The translations under genes were made by a program, and so were the position numbers. This document shows, piece after piece, positions 25,560-39,419 of a stretch of DNA of 64,000 bases (its first letter is position 1; the number at the start of each line of letters is the position of its first letter). Under the pieces are notes generated by a model. The model did no database searches and was not told the origin of the DNA. It saw only the letters and a list, made by a program, of their open reading frames with translations. This stretch comes from Cetorhinus maximus (Eukaryota), in the NCBI RefSeq assembly GCF_964194155.1, contig NW_027596270.1, positions 248,001 to 312,000 of the forward strand. Direction: 5' to 3'.

Positions 25560-26050
25560 AACAACAAAAACAACCTGCATTTGTATAGCACCTTTAATCA
25601 TCTGCTTCACAGGTGCCATTACTAAACAAAATTTTACACCGAGCCACATAAAGAGATGACCTGTAGCTTGGTTTTAAGGAGTTTCCTGAAGAAGCACAAG
25701 AGATCAAGGGGCAGAGAGGTTTAAGGAGGGAATTCCAGAGCGTGGGACCCAGGCAGCTGAAGGCAAAGCCCCCAGTTGTTATGCAATTGAAGATATTGAA
25801 GAGGCCAGAATTAGTGGAGCACAGATATCTCAGAGGGTTTTAGGGATGGAGAAGATTACAGAGATGGGGAGAGGGGGATGTGAGACCATGTGGTGATTTG
25901 AAAAAAAGGATGCTGGGGAGGGATTTGAAAAAGAGGAGAATTTTAAAATCGAGGTATTGCTTGAGTGGGAGCCAGTATTGGTCAGTGAGCACAGCGGGTG
26001 ATAGGTGAATGGGACTGAGTGTGAGTTGGGAGACGGGCAGCAGAGTTTGT
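25560..26050 (-). mobile_element. L2-type LINE 3' end
   Basis: Homologous to 8375-8850. Confidence 0.7.
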
Positions 26051-26539
26051 TGACTGAAGAAAACTGGTCCAGTTCTGTACATTTCCCATTACACTACTTA
26101 TGTCTAAGATTGAGCTGACATCAAACCTTTCCAATGGGATTGTGTAATCCGCTGATGTCATCGCATTCTATTGTGATGATGTCATAAGATTACATCAGCA
26201 TTTTTCTGATTATATAATCAGCTGACACCAGACTATATACTTTATTGGGAGTGTGGGATTAGCTGATGCCTGTACAATCCTTTACCTTTGCGCAGTAAGC
26301 AGAAACGGTCGTTTGTGTGATTTCATAAATAGAATTTTTAACTACATGTACATAACTTATTTTTGAATCCGGAAATGGTCCGGATCGTGAACATTTACCA
26401 CTAAAATTAACCAATTTGCTAGTGCAAGCATATGTGACTTTTCAGCCAATTTGTTGTTCTTATTTACAGTGAATTGTTGGGGAGAAAAAAATGTTATTTC
26501 AACCAATCTCCCAATGTTATCAAATCCTTTTAAACATTT

Positions 26540-26900
26540 GAATATTGCTGAAAAAAGAGACATGCTGTCAAAGCTTTTCTTCTTGCACTCATTAGGATAG
26601 ATGCAAGAATACCAAATGTCAAAGTGAACAACAGTTTATACTGTCTGAGAAACAGGGTGCTGATTGGTTGTCAAATGGACCCCGACTGGTTCAGGCATTG
26701 CCATGTAGAATGCACCAGAGAACAGTTACCCAAAGCTTTTGTTCAAATTCAGAAATGGCAAGTCGACTCTGATTGGTTGAGATGCTGCCATGGGGAATGC
26801 ATCAGGGAACAATTGTCCCCCAAGCTCCTGTTTAATTAAAAAGGCAAAATGCTTGGACAAATTCCTTTTGTGTGCAGAAAACAGGGCCCACTATTTGAAT
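26540..26900 (-). mobile_element. Penelope family-2 terminal repeat fragment
   Basis: Homologous to 5670-6020; decayed hammerhead motif at 26566-26599. Confidence 0.65.
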
Positions 26901-27699
26901 ATGAAAAATCCAGTGCCTGGATCCAGTTTGCATGTTCACTACATCTAATCATTTCTTCCTTTGGCCATACTCTATTTGTGTACCACGTTTTGTTCAAATC
27001 CATCCATTAGTTTTTAAGATATATTGTTACAGACAGACAAACAAATAGGGATGAAAACATTCTCTGTAAGGACAAAGCTGAAAAAAATAAATGTTTTTAT
27101 TAAGACCAAGGAAGCCTTAGGCTAATCCACAGCCAACAACCTGCTCTGAAAACTCTGCTGATATTTTGACAGCTGTGATAAATTCCACCCCAGCAGCAGA
27201 GACAATCCACAACATTCCAAAGCAATCGCCATTTGAAATTAAACAAACCACAACAATTGAAAAGAAAAAGTCAATTCTCCTGATTTCCCAATGTGAACGG
27301 ATCCTTCAAAAAAATTCCAGGATCCGGAACTGCACCAAAGATAGGACAGTTCTTGCATGGTTGGTGTACCAAGTTTCGGTAAATCCATCCATTAATTTGT
27401 GAGATCAATTGTTTACAGACAAACATCTTCAATGGCAGAGGTACTTTCAGTACATTGACCAGCCCCAAAATCTATTCTCAGTCAGCATTTCACAGGGGGA
27501 AAGGGATGGATTCTCAGACAAGCAAGATAAGGCACCCCCTTTAAATAGCCAGTTCTCACAATGTATTCGGTGGCCTTTGGACGGAAGCAGATTGGACCAC
27601 ATTGGGAGTTCTTGCACTGCCTCTCCCCGCCACCCTCAGGTCAGCTGGCTCCTGCTCCTGCTGGAGAATCTGCCTGTAAGAATAGGAGTGTGTTGATTT

Positions 27700-28155
27700 A
27701 AAAATAAACTTGCATTTATATAGCACCTTCCACCACCTCATGGAGTCTCAAAGTGTTCCACTGCCAATGAAACACTTTCTGAAATGTGGTCGCACTGTAG
27801 GAAACGTGGCAACCAATTTGTGCATAGCAAGCTCCCACAGACGGCAATGGCCAGGGTGTCTGTTTTCACTGATGTTGATTGAGGGATAAATATCAGGCAC
27901 CAGGACACCAGGGGAGATCTCCTCCCCCTCCTGCTCTCCTTCCAATTGTGGCCATTGAATCTTTTACATACACCTGAGAGGGCAGACGGGGCTCTCGGGT
28001 TAATGTCTCACTGGAAAGACGGTCTCTCTGTCAGGACTGCTCTCCCTCATAACTGGCACCGGAGGTGTCAACCGTGGATTCTGGGGGCTTGAGTCTCTGG
28101 GTTGGGGATTCGAACGCAGCACCTCCTGACTCAGAGGTAAGAGTGCGACCCACTG
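27700..28155 (-). mobile_element. Near full-length Deu-domain SINE
   Basis: tRNA-like head (GGGATTCGAAC on + strand), Deu-type core, L2-like tail. Confidence 0.75.
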
Positions 28156-28505
28156 TCATGCTGTGTTGAATAAAATCATCCAGCTGGTGTTCTAGAATGA
28201 TGGAATGGTTACAACACTGAAGAGAGGCTATTCAGCCCATTGTGTCTGTGCCAGCCCTCTGCAAGAGCAGCGAACATAGTGTCATTCTGCTATCTTTTCC
28301 ACATAACCCTGTCAATTTTTCCCCTTCAGATAATGATCCAATTTTCTGTTGAAAACCATGACTGAATCTTCCTCCAAGCCCTTTCATCCCTGGCACCATT
28401 CTAGTACATCTCCAATCCTCCCACTTCACCAGCTGTCAGAATGAACATGGTTCAGTCCTGGATGTGATTAACAGCAGCAATAACGGCAAAATCCAACCCC
28501 TGTAA

Positions 28506-29348
28506 TTACTTGTGAACTCGCCGGTGTCTCAGCAGACTGGATAACTGACTGAAACCCTTCCCACACATAGAGCAGGTGAATGGCCTCTCACCAGTGTGAA
28601 TTCGCTGGTGTCTCAGCAGGGTGGACGAATCTCTGAATCCCTTCCCACATTCAGAGCAGATGGACGGTCTCTCCCTGGTGTGAACTCGCTGATGCATCAC
28701 CAGGTTGCATAACTGAATGAATCCTTTCCCACATCCAGAGCAAGTGAATGGCCTCTTCCCATTGTGAACACGTTGGTGTGTCTGCAGGTGGGATAGTTGA
28801 GTGAATCCTTTCCCACAATCGGAACAGATGAAAGGCCTCTCCCCGGTGTGAACTCGCTGGTGTGTCAGCAGGTTGGATGACTGAGGGAATCCCTTCCCAC
28901 ATGTAGAGCAGATGAAAGGCTTCTCCCCAGTGTGAACCCGCTGGTGTGTCAGGAGGGCAGATGAATCGCTGAATCCCTTCCCACACTCAGGGCAGGTGAA
29001 TGGCCTCTCCCTGGTGTGAACTCGCTGGTGCATCATCAGGTTGGATGACTGAGTGAATGCCTTCCCACACTCAGAGCAGATAAATGGCCTCTCCCCAGTG
29101 TGAACTCGCTTGTGTGTCAGCAGGTGAGATGAATTACTGAATCCCTTCCCACATTCAGAGCAGACGAAAGGCCTCTCCCCGGAGTGAACTCGCTGGTGTT
29201 TCAGCAGGGTGGATGACTGAGTGAATGCTTTCCCACACTCAGAGCAGGTAAAAGGCCTCTCCCCAGTGTGAATGCGTTGATGAGTTTCCAGCGCAGATGG
29301 GGTGCAGAATCCCTTCCCACAGTCCCCACATTTGTATGGTTTCTCCAT
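28506..29348 (-). CDS. ZF3: tandem C2H2 zinc-finger protein, 10 fingers, 280 aa
   Basis: Intact ORF with GCACCATGG start; acceptor at 29727-29728; candidate donor GTGAGT at 30723-30718. Confidence 0.93.
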   Translation of the reverse strand: MEKPYKCGDCGKGFCTPSALETHQRIHTGERPFTCSECGKAFTQSSTLLKHQRVHSGERPFVCSECGKGFSNSSHLLTHKRVHTGERPFICSECGKAFTQSSNLMMHQRVHTRERPFTCPECGKGFSDSSALLTHQRVHTGEKPFICSTCGKGFPQSSNLLTHQRVHTGERPFICSDCGKGFTQLSHLQTHQRVHNGKRPFTCSGCGKGFIQLCNLVMHQRVHTRERPSICSECGKGFRDSSTLLRHQRIHTGERPFTCSMCGKGFSQLSSLLRHRRVHK

Positions 29349-30849
29349 GGTGCAGGTGTCCTTGTGTCCTTCCAGGTTAACCGCTCAGTTGAAACCTCGT
29401 CTTCAAACAGAACATGTGTACAATCTCTCCCCGCTGTGAATGGCGTAATGTTGTTACAGACTGTATAACTGTTTAAAGCTCTTTTCACAGTCAGTGCACT
29501 GGAGCACTGTCACTCAGTTGTCTGTGTCTCATTGCTTTTCCAGTCACACTGATGCTTGAAATGTTTTCCCACAGACAGAACATTTTTCTGTCCCACAGAC
29601 AGAAAATTTCTCCTTCCACATTCAAAGGACTGATGATATTCAGGTCCTGATGAATCCAATAACTCTGTCAGATCTTGATGCGATATTTGGTTTGAGTTTC
29701 CCAGATACAAGTCCTCTCCTAATATCCTGTAAAAGCAATTTACAAAAGTCATCATTGTCAGTGCAGGATAAAAATTCACAACACATAATTCTAGTTTCTA
29801 TGGAACATTCTTTCTCTCGTATTCCCCAGAAGCAGTAACTCCCTGTCCCTCCATTCTCACTCTGCTGTACCTCCGAAATCTCCCGAAGGTGCCATTTCAT
29901 GCTGATCAGCAGATCCATGTGCACTGCTTCCAGTCCAGGGCACAGGGGCCTTGGAAATCAATTTGCAGGCTATATATATATATATATATATGTATACATT
30001 ACTGGATTTAAAATGTGCATAATGTACACTGCATTACTTGATTAAAGATACAGAGAGGATGCAAGGAAGAGCTTTACTTAGGAGCGAGTGTGCATGACCT
30101 GGAACTCACTGCCTACAAGGGTGGTGGAATTCGCGATGATCAGTGATTTCAAAATGAAATTGGTGGACACTTGAAGGAAATAAACGTGTAGGAGAACAGG
30201 GTATAGAGGGAGAATGGGAGGATAGCTCTACAGAGAGTCGGCATGGACTTGAGTTGCTGAATGCATTCCTGTGTTGTAATGACTCAATGACTGGAAATAT
30301 ATAACGGTAGCTAGAGTACTATATTACAAGTAGACATAGTTATAAATGAAAGTTATTATCGGTCAACAAAAAATATATCAAATATTTACCATATAAAAAC
30401 ACTCGACATATCTCTGCCCTATATTAGTTTACTGTCACCTTAAATGTCAGGCATCTCCTGGGGAATCCGCCTATTTTATTGGAAATACTAGGAAAGAGGC
30501 TATCCTTTTAGCCAGACAAATAAATGTGTCAAGCCGAGGGAGTAAAGGATGTCAATGTCTTTAAGAGAGAGCGAGAGAGAAAGAGAGACCTGGGCCAACC
30601 TTTCCAGAGTCTGCACCCTCACTGGATTCACTTCCTTTCCCTTCAGTTCCTGCAGGTCAACAATTTAAACCCAGAATTAGAAAAGAAATGGAAAGGGGGA
30701 GAAAAAGAAAGTGTTTTACTCACAGGTATTTGACACGGGACTGGGGAGAAAGTTTTCCTGTGTGAGAAGCTAAATCCTCCTTCAGAGAGAGAAGCAGCAT
30801 CAGCAGCTTTGCTGGGCAGTAACGGAGAGTTTTAAAAACTCATCCGCAT

Positions 30850-31400
30850 TCAAACAATGGGGGAAGCTCCGTGTCGTCATTGCGACAGTGCCCGCGCTCT
30901 GATTGGTTGGAGGACCATCCACCTTCCGGTCGTCCAGCTCCTCCTATTGGTTAACCTCGGTCCGACTACAATGAGGGAGAGGTAATCCGAGCGCGTGTTC
31001 GGGTGAGAGACTTTGACCATCAAGTCCATTGCTCTCAATGTGAACTGGGAACGTTCCTCTGAATCATTGTGTCGCCTGAGTCAGCCAATAGGACTGACTG
31101 TGCTCCGCGGTGACGTCCTCGGGTTCCAGTTTGCGGACCAGGCGCGCGGACACGGGAGCCCCACCCCCACCCCTTGTTCCCCCTCCCCCGAACCTCCTCG
31201 AGCCAAAGTTTCCAGGCAACCGGCTGACGGCTCCGGCCAGAGCGAGAAGCCGCTCAGCGAATTGCCCCTTCCCCCTTTGTCGACGGCGACCGGCTGGTCC
31301 AAAAAGAGATCGAGAGCGACCGCTGACGGCAGCCGCACTGCGCCTGCTCCGGACAGAAAGCGCTTTCTGCGCCTGCGTGCTGGGCTGCCAGCTATGGGAG
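30850..31400. promoter_or_regulatory. CpG island, probable bidirectional promoter of ZF3 (-) and ZF4 (+)
   Basis: CCAAT boxes on both strands (30902, 30946, 31085), CCGGAAG, TGACGTC, ACTGCGCCTGC; candidate donors at 30723 (-) and 31524 (+). Confidence 0.7.
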
Positions 31401-32893
31401 TGGGGGAGGGGACTGTGTAAAATGTTTTCTCCTCATTTTCTTCCAATGCAATTTGATTTTAAACGGCACAGCATTTGTTTTTAGCTTCATAAACATTAAA
31501 ACTTCTTCCTCGGTCCAACATCTGTGAGTAAATCACTTTCTTTCCTTCCCCTGGGAAGTACAGAGAGTTGCGGGACTCTGTAACTGGAATTAGTGCCAAA
31601 TATGCTGAGGGGGGAAATGCTGGTGATTTTATGGATCAGGCTGATGCTCCAGCTGTTTAAATTCATATTTATCCGGTCTATTGAAATGCTATTTGTCTGT
31701 TAATGCAGGCTTCATTTATGTTGAATTTAGTTTGATTGTTACAGGAATCGTTTTTAAAAAATAAAACCTTGTCCTTCTGTTTATTCCGTTGGGGTTGTCT
31801 GGGAATTTGTTTACTTTAAGGTTATTGGTTTCCACAGGGATCGTAACAACAGAGAAATGTCTAGTTATTTATTATTCTGTATTAAAGTTCATTTATTATT
31901 ATTTCTAGTCCTGTAATAATACTGTAGCTGCATTATATATTTCCGGTCATAGACTCATTACAGCACAGATGGTGTCCAATTGGAAACTCAGATCCATGCT
32001 GACATTCTGTAGAGTAATCCAGTCGATCCCATTCTCCATCTGTATCCTCGTTCCCCTGAAAGTTTTTCTTTCAACTCCCTATCCAATTTCATTTTGAAAC
32101 CATTGATCATCTCCGGTTCTGCCATCCTCATAGGCATCGAATTCCAGGCCACAACTACTCGCTGTCTAAATAAAGTTCTTCCTCAAATCCCCTCTGTATC
32201 GCTAATCAAGTATTACAATCTTTTTGGCTCCTTCAGGAGAATTGGGAGTGTATAAATGAGATATAACAGAGTGAGAACGAAGGGAGTAAAACAGAAAATG
32301 GTGCAAAAAAACTCAGCAGGTCTGGCAGCATATGTGGAGTGAGAAACAGAGCTAACATTTTGAATCTGTCTGAACATTCCTGAGAGCTCAAAATGCAGGG
32401 AGCATGTTGGGGATGGAGATTTACAGCTTTTGGGGAATGAGAGGGGAAAGAATGTTCCATAGAAACTAGAATTGTCTGTTCTGAATTTCTATCGCAGACT
32501 ATCTGTGATGACTTTTGTAAACTCCTTTTACAGGACATTAGAAGGGGATGATTTGTAGTCAGAAAGTTCAAACCAAAGGTCACGTCAAGATCTGTCAGAG
32601 CCACTCGATTAATCGGGATCTGAATATCAGCAGCCTTTGAACCTAGAAGAAATATTTGTCTGTTACGTCTGCTTCAAAATATTTGAAACATCAGTGTGAC
32701 TGGAAAAGCACCGATTCTCACACACCCGAGTGAGTGTATTCCAATGCACTGGCTTTGGAAAGAGCTATGAACTGTTGTACAGTCTGAAGAAACATTGCCG
32801 CATTCACAGCCAGGGAGACCGTACACAGGTTCTGTGTGTGAACGAGGCTTCGACTGATTGTCAAACCTGCAGAGACACAAGGGCACTTGCACC

Positions 32894-33484
32894 ATGGAGA
32901 AACCATGGAAATGTAGGGATTGTGCGAAGGGATTCCGATGCCCGTCTGCATTGGAAATTCATCAACGCAGTCACACTGGGGAGAAGCCATTCACCTGCTC
33001 TGAGTGTGGGAAGGCATTCAGTGGTTCATGGCAGCTGCACGCACACCAGCGAGTTCATGCAGTGGAGAGGCCATTCACCTGCTCTCAGTGTGGCAAGGGA
33101 TTCAGTGATTCATCAACCCTGCTGAGACACCAGCGAGTTCACACTGGAGAGAGGCCATTCACCTGCTCTGAGTGTGGGAAGGGATTCACCCAGTTATCCA
33201 ACCTGCTAACACACCAGGAAGTTCACACCGGGGAGAGGCCATTCACCTGCTCTCATTGTGGGAAAGGATTCACTCGGTTATTCAATTTGCAGACACATCA
33301 GCGAGTCCACACCGGGGAGAGGCCGTTCACCTGCTCTGTGTGTGGGAAAGGTTTCACCCAGTCATCGAACCTGCTGCTACACCAGCAACTTCACACTGGG
33401 GAGAGGTCATTCCCCTGCTCTCAGTGTGGGAAGGGATTCACTCGATTATCCAGCCTGCAGAGGCACCAGCGAGTTCACAAGTGA
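32894..33484 (+). CDS. ZF4: tandem C2H2 zinc-finger protein, 7 fingers, 196 aa
   Basis: Intact ORF from GCACCATGG; acceptor AG at 32532-32533; AATAAA near 33679. Confidence 0.92.
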   Translation: MEKPWKCRDCAKGFRCPSALEIHQRSHTGEKPFTCSECGKAFSGSWQLHAHQRVHAVERPFTCSQCGKGFSDSSTLLRHQRVHTGERPFTCSECGKGFTQLSNLLTHQEVHTGERPFTCSHCGKGFTRLFNLQTHQRVHTGERPFTCSVCGKGFTQSSNLLLHQQLHTGERSFPCSQCGKGFTRLSSLQRHQRVHK

Positions 33485-33964
33485 TCACAGCGATTGGATT
33501 CTGCTCTTATTGCTGCTGTTAATTACATCTAGGACTGAACCATGTTCATCCTGACAGTTGGTGAAGTGGGAGGATCCCTTTCTGCTGGACTGGCCGGTCT
33601 CACAATTTTGTTTCCAGTGGGCTGATGCTCTTTGAGGCTTGTTGCGAATATCCATTGCACATTTCATATGGATCATTAAATAAAATGCTGTATGGATGGA
33701 AAAAGATATTCATGCATTTCTGTTTGGAATCTCCCAAAGCATGCCACGTTGCCATGGAGATGGGCTGTTGGAGTTAGAAGGTTCTTTTGTTTAATTTATC
33801 TGGGTATTTCCCACAGAAGGCAGTTGCACATCTGGGCTTGTGTAGTTTGCAGCTCACTTGGAGTTGGTGAGGGAAAAGAAGCTGGAAAATTTGCCCGGCT
33901 TGGAGCTAGAAGGTGAAATCTACAGTGGCCCTCCCAGTGAAAGGCCTTGTGGTAGAAAGCAGTT

Positions 33965-34668
33965 AGTCATATGAATTAGGAGCAGGTGTAGGCCATTCAG
34001 GCCTGTGAGCCTGCTCAGCCATGTTATAAGATCATAGGTGATCTAATTGAGGCCCCAACTCTACTTTCCTGTCTACCCCCATAATCTTTGACTCCCTGTC
34101 AATCAAGAATTAACTCAACCTTAAAATTATTCAGTAGCCTCCACTGCTTTCTGGTGAAGAGAATTCCACAATTGACGACCCTGTGAGAAGACAAATTTCT
34201 CCTCATCTCTGTCTTAAATGGGTGACCCCTTATTTTTAAACAGTGGCCCCTAGTTGTCGTCTCTCCCATAAGGAGAAACATCCTCAGCCTCCGAAGTGGC
34301 CAGGAGGCACAGATTTGTTTCAGCGCAAAAGGAGGCCATTCAGCCGATCGTGACTGCACCGGCTCTTTGGTCATTTCACTTAGAGCCGTTCTCCCGCCTT
34401 CTACCTATAACCCTTCAGATTCTTCCTTTTCCGGTAACAGTCTAATTCCCTCTTGAATGCTTCAATTGAACCTGCCTCCACCACACTCCCAGGCAGTGCA
34501 TTCCAGACCTTAACCACTCGCTGCATGAAGAAGGTTTTCCTCGTGTCACTTTTGCTTCTTTTACCAACTACTTTAAATCTGTGCCCTCTCGTTTTTGATC
34601 CTTTCAGAAGGGGGAACTCATCACATTCTCCCCATCAACCCTGTCCAGACCCCTCATGATTTTGAATA
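33965..34668 (-). mobile_element. Two CR1 3' end fragments
   Basis: TTTRGHCLKIRGHPFKTEMRRN and CR1-type tails. Confidence 0.75.
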
Positions 34669-34671
34669 CAC

Positions 34672-34925
34672 TTCCAGCCCACTGAAACACCAGTTCATTC
34701 ACCTGCTCTGAGTGTGGGAAGGGATTCACTCATCATCCCACCTACTGGCACACTAGGGAGTTCACAAGTAACTATCGTGATTGTATTTTGCTGTTAATCA
34801 CAAACAGAACTGAACTATGTTCACTGGGGTCTGTTTCTACTGATGTTAATAAACTCCAGCCCAGTTATAGGGCATAGTATTGTGGATAAAATTCAAATCA
34901 GCTTTGTGTTAAATACAGTGTGTTG
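34672..34925 (+). pseudogene. Single terminal zinc-finger relic with family 3' UTR
   Basis: [11 protein letters not shown], frameshift and TAG, GTTCACAAGTAA end, then the conserved UTR and AATAAA. Confidence 0.8.
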
Positions 34926-34974
34926 AGTCTTTTTAGTATCTCTGAGACAAGTTAGTTCCTTTTGAAGGGCTCTC

Positions 34975-35790
34975 CCTCTCCCCTGTCTCCTCAATCCTCA
35001 TCTCCAACAACTGTGAGAAGCTCATGGAGTTTCTTTGTCACTAAGATTGAAACAATTTGATCTGCTCCCTCCCTCCCTTCCACTAGATCACCAGTCCAAT
35101 TGACCTTGAATGTTCCCCCCTCGCCCTGAACGTGTATCTTTCTGTAGTTTCTCTCCCATGCCCCCTCGTTCCTTCTCAGCACTTAGCTTTGCCATGAGAC
35201 CCATCTCCTGCTACCCCAGCCCTATTTTCACTCATCTGTTGATCTCCAAGCTTCCCATGCTTGTTGACATTGTTAACAGTTCTCTCTTCAGTTACTGCTC
35301 CTCTCTCCTTCAAATCTGACATTATCACCCCCTCCTCAATAAAATCAACCATTGATCCCACGATCCTTGCAAACCACTCCAAGCTCCCTTTCCCCTTCAA
35401 AGTCCTGAAATGTGTTGGCACCTCCCAAATCCTGCCCATCTTTTTGGAATTCCATTTTTGAATCTGAACATATGAAATAGGAGCAGAAGTAGGCCATTTG
35501 GCCCCTCGACAAATAAGATTTCTGCCTCTGCCACATTATCGAAGTAGCTCTTCTCAGTCCCTAACTGCATCCAATGTAACCAAGGTAAACTCTCCCTCAT
35601 CGTCCTTTGTCCTTCTTGGCCCATCTACAGTCTTTGACACAATTGACCAAACCATCCATAGGGATGGTGAATAAATGCTGGCCTAGCCACATCCCATGAA
35701 TGAATTAAAACAAAAATTCCTTCAATGCCTCTTCACTGTTGTCGAGCTGGGTGGGACTGATCCCTGATTCCTTTCTTATCAAATTGTAGC
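34975..35790 (+). mobile_element. L2-type LINE fragment
   Basis: Homologous to 42510-43180 and to the reverse complement of 59300-60000. Confidence 0.7.
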
Positions 35791-36239
35791 AAGAGGATCA
35801 GCTGCAGTAGCTGTCATTATTTGAGTTTTTTTTTTACAAACTGACTCACTGGGAAAATGATCATGTGTCACTAGACATTAACATAAAAATGTTCCATTCT
35901 CAGTCTCACATTGACTGTCTCTTACAGACCAAGTCCTTCTAAATATATCACCGCTCCTGGATTAGATCAACAGGGAAAAGTGAAGATGGTATAGTCCACA
36001 ACCCAATCTAACAGCAGTAAAAATATCTGAAAATTCCCATTAAAATGCAAGGCATTGCAGAGCAACTGTGGCTTCTGTGACTTATTGAAACCGAGTCATT
36101 ACACAGATTGGCCAAAAGCTCCATTATTGCAGGATGCGGATGGCAGAAGATGGAGTTTGATCCTTCTTATTTTTCAACACCGACATTAGCGGAATCTCAC
36201 CCCCACTTCCCTAGAATCAAATGAAGATTAAGTGAGTTC

Positions 36240-36658
36240 GATCTCTAATGGCGGCCGCAGTACCCACAATACCACACGGCTCAGAAACCGCTCTATCTGC
36301 CGCGGGTTGGCCGGGTGGGTCGCGCATGCTCGGAGGGTCCTGGTCTCTTTGTTTGAGGTTGTTCCCCGGGAAGAAGCCGGAAGCGGCGGATAGTGAGAGT
36401 GGAGAATGTTCATTGTTTAATATTCGGCTCTGGGGCCGCACTCGGGATTTGTAAACCCCGCCCCCCCTGCCCGGGGTTTATCCACCTGACAGTTCTCGAT
36501 GCGCGGCTGATTGACGGCGGAGCTAGACCAATAGGAAGAGGGGGCGGGGTTGGAGGCATGAGCACTGACGGCTGATCCTCCAACCAATTAGAGTGAATGA
36601 GGGGCGGGGCTGAGTCCAGATCAGCCTCATTGGCTGAAACTCTGCATCATTTTGAAAT
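36240..36658. promoter_or_regulatory. Orphan CpG-rich promoter module (paralog of 43782-44700)
   Basis: GCGCATGCTC, CCGGAAG, two CCAAT and two GGGGCGGGG motifs. Confidence 0.6.
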
Positions 36659-36659
36659 G

Positions 36660-37255
36660 GGCAATTGGAGATGTCACAGAGCTGGAAGCAGGCAGCCTGG
36701 AGTATTGTGTGCAGTTTTCGTCTCCTTACCGAAGAAAGGATATACTTGTCACAGAGGAAGTGCCTGCAAAGCTTCACCATCCTGATTCCTGGGATGGCAG
36801 GATTGTTGTATGAGGAGAGTTTTGGGTCGACTAGGGCTGTATTCACTGGAGTTCAGAAGAATGAGAGGGGCCGTCATTGAAACGTTTAAAATTCGGACAG
36901 AAGTGTACAGACTGGATGCAGGGATGATGTTTCCCCAGGCTGGGTTTGGAGGGGTGGGTGGTGGGGGGCGTCTGGAACAAGGGGTCAGTCTCAGGATATG
37001 GTGCAGGCCATTTCGGACTGAGTTGCGGTGAAATTTATTTGCTCAGTGCATGGTGAACCTGTGGAATTGTCTACCACAAAAGGCTGTGGAGGCCAAATCG
37101 CTGAATAGATTTCTAGACATGAAAGGCATCAAGGTGTTTGGGAAAAGAGGGGGAGTATGATGTTGAGGTAGAGGGTCAGCCATGATCACTTGAATGGAAG
37201 AGCAGGCTCGAGGGGCCAAATGGCCTACTCCTGCTCCTATTTTCTATGTTTCTAA
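36660..37255 (+). mobile_element. CR1 3' fragment
   Basis: LGLYSLEFRRMRG and tail. Confidence 0.8.
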
Positions 37256-37392
37256 GTGTCTATGCCTTGGTAAAGGAGCGGATGTTGGTCACAAAATCAG
37301 CTCAGGGTGAAATCAACGTTGAGATGATGAACAATGTGGCTCAGACTCAGACAGTGGCCAGAATAACAACAGAACAATAGAATCCAACCAAT

Positions 37393-38838
37393 ACAGTCAG
37401 ATGTGAACTTATTGGTGTGTCAGAAGGTTGAATGATCGAGTGAATCCCTTCCCAGATTCAGTGCAGGTGAATGGTTTCTCTCCATTGGTATTTCATCTGA
37501 TCTTTAGAGCTTTGAAAACTCTTCAGACAGTGAGAACAATTAAAAGGTCTCTTATCAGAGTGAACAACTTGATGGGCAGTGAGATTGGACACACAAGTGA
37601 ATCAGGATCGGATGTGTCAATAAATTTCAGTTATGGAGCAGCTCTATTAAGAGAAAGGCAGGACAAACTTAAAGACGAAATGTAAAGTTCAGGCAGTGAT
37701 TTACAGAACAACATGAGCTCTATACTTCTCTTGTCATATCTAGACAGCAGAGCACACTTCTTTCCTTGGAGCTTCCAGTTTTCTTGTGGAGTTTCCAGCT
37801 TTTGTGTTTCTTTCTCTTCTTTCCTTTGTTCTTTTCTCCACTGTACCAAATCCCTCAGGTGGACTGTTCTTAGTTGGAAACCCCCCCGCCAACTGGCTCC
37901 CCTGAGACCACCAATCAGAACTGTCCATGGACATTTCACTATTCAATCATGTGGCTCTTGTCCAATCACAGGTGTGTTCATGTGAACAGCATTCGCCTGT
38001 TGATGAAAGCACACATATTCCTCTATGATTACATAGAACTCCTGCACTTCCACCATTTCACAGTTCTAAACTCAGACAAGCCGGTTCAAAGCATGACATC
38101 ACCTCCAGAGATTCTACCCTACAGATCAACACACAGGCAAAGAAAGAACACAACTCCTGCAGACTATATTAATACACAGTCAAAGAAAGAACAGAATTCT
38201 CACAGACTGTATCCGGAGAATGGATGACTGAGTGAATCTCTTCCCACACACGGAGTAAGTTTTACGGTTTCTCCTCACTGTGAATGTGCTGGTGTTTCTG
38301 GAAGCTGGATGATTCAGTGAATCCCTTCCCACACACAGTGCAGGTGAATGGCCTCTCCCTAGTGTGACTGTGCCAATGAGTTCCCAGCCGGGATAGAGAA
38401 CTGAATCCCTTCCCACAGTCCCCACATTTCCACGGTTTCTCCCTGTTGCTTAATCCTTGCTGACAATTCTTACTGATTTACACACTCTTCAAAGTGAAGC
38501 CTCCATTATGAAATTAAATTATCAAACAACAGGAATCAAAGCAGTGAAATATTTTACAGGCACATCAATAAAAGCTTAATCAATCAACATTGATACTGAT
38601 GAAGTTTGGAAGTCGCTGAGTTCAACCATTTCTCACACAGCAGCAGTAACATTTGGTAAAGGGGAATCCACAATAAAGGCTGGTTTGAGACCTACTCAGC
38701 AGAGATGACATCTATCATTGAAGCAAAAAGCAAAGCCGACCTGATGCATAACATAAACCCAACAGCTAAGTACTGTGTGCAGTACCCTGTTGCTAGTGTC
38801 CATGTGTCTCTCCAGGTTGGACGATCAGTTAAGCCTTA
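37393..38838 (-). pseudogene. ZF5: shattered C2H2 zinc-finger pseudogene (pieces 37393-37602, 38205-38446, 38785-38838)
   Basis: [22 protein letters not shown] and NLLTHQ*VHI* with stops, frameshifts and insertions. Confidence 0.8.
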
Positions 38839-38844
38839 CACAGG

Positions 38845-39390
38845 ATTATATAGGATATACAGCACAGAAAGAAGCCATTCAGCCCAACCAGTGCATGTTG
38901 GTGTTTATGTTCCACTCAAGCCACCTCTCATCTTTCCACTTCTAAATCTACCATCATGAGCTAATATTTCCTTCAGCCACATATGTTTGTCTAGCCTCCC
39001 CATGAATACATCTATACTATTCACTTCACCCACTTCCTGTGGTCTTGAGTTCCACATTCTCACCACTCTCTGGGCGAAGAAGTTTCTTCTGAATTCCCTA
39101 CTGGATTTCTCGGTGACTATCTTATATTGATGGTCTCTAGTTTTGCTCTTCCCCACAAGAGGAAACATTCTCTCTGTTTCCTCTCCATTAAAACTTTCAT
39201 CATTTTAAAGTCCTAAATTAGTTCAGCTTCAGACATCTTTTTTCAAGAGAAAAGAGATCCAGTCTGTTCATCCTCTCCTGATATGTAAACCCATGCATTT
39301 CTGATATCATTCTTATCAATTTTCTCTGCACCCTCTCCAGTGTCTCTATATCCTTTCTATAATTTGGTGACCAGAACTGCACACAGTACT
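38845..39390 (-). mobile_element. CR1 3' fragment
   Basis: YCVQFWSPNYRKDI and FFAQRVVRMWN. Confidence 0.85.
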
Positions 39391-39419
39391 TGGCTGTTGG
39401 GTTTATTTTGTGTGTCAAA

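Noticed and set aside
26330-27430. Related GATCCGGA / AAATCCATCCATTA / ACAGACA repeats
   Set aside because: Clearly repetitive but could not be classified or bounded from sequence alone
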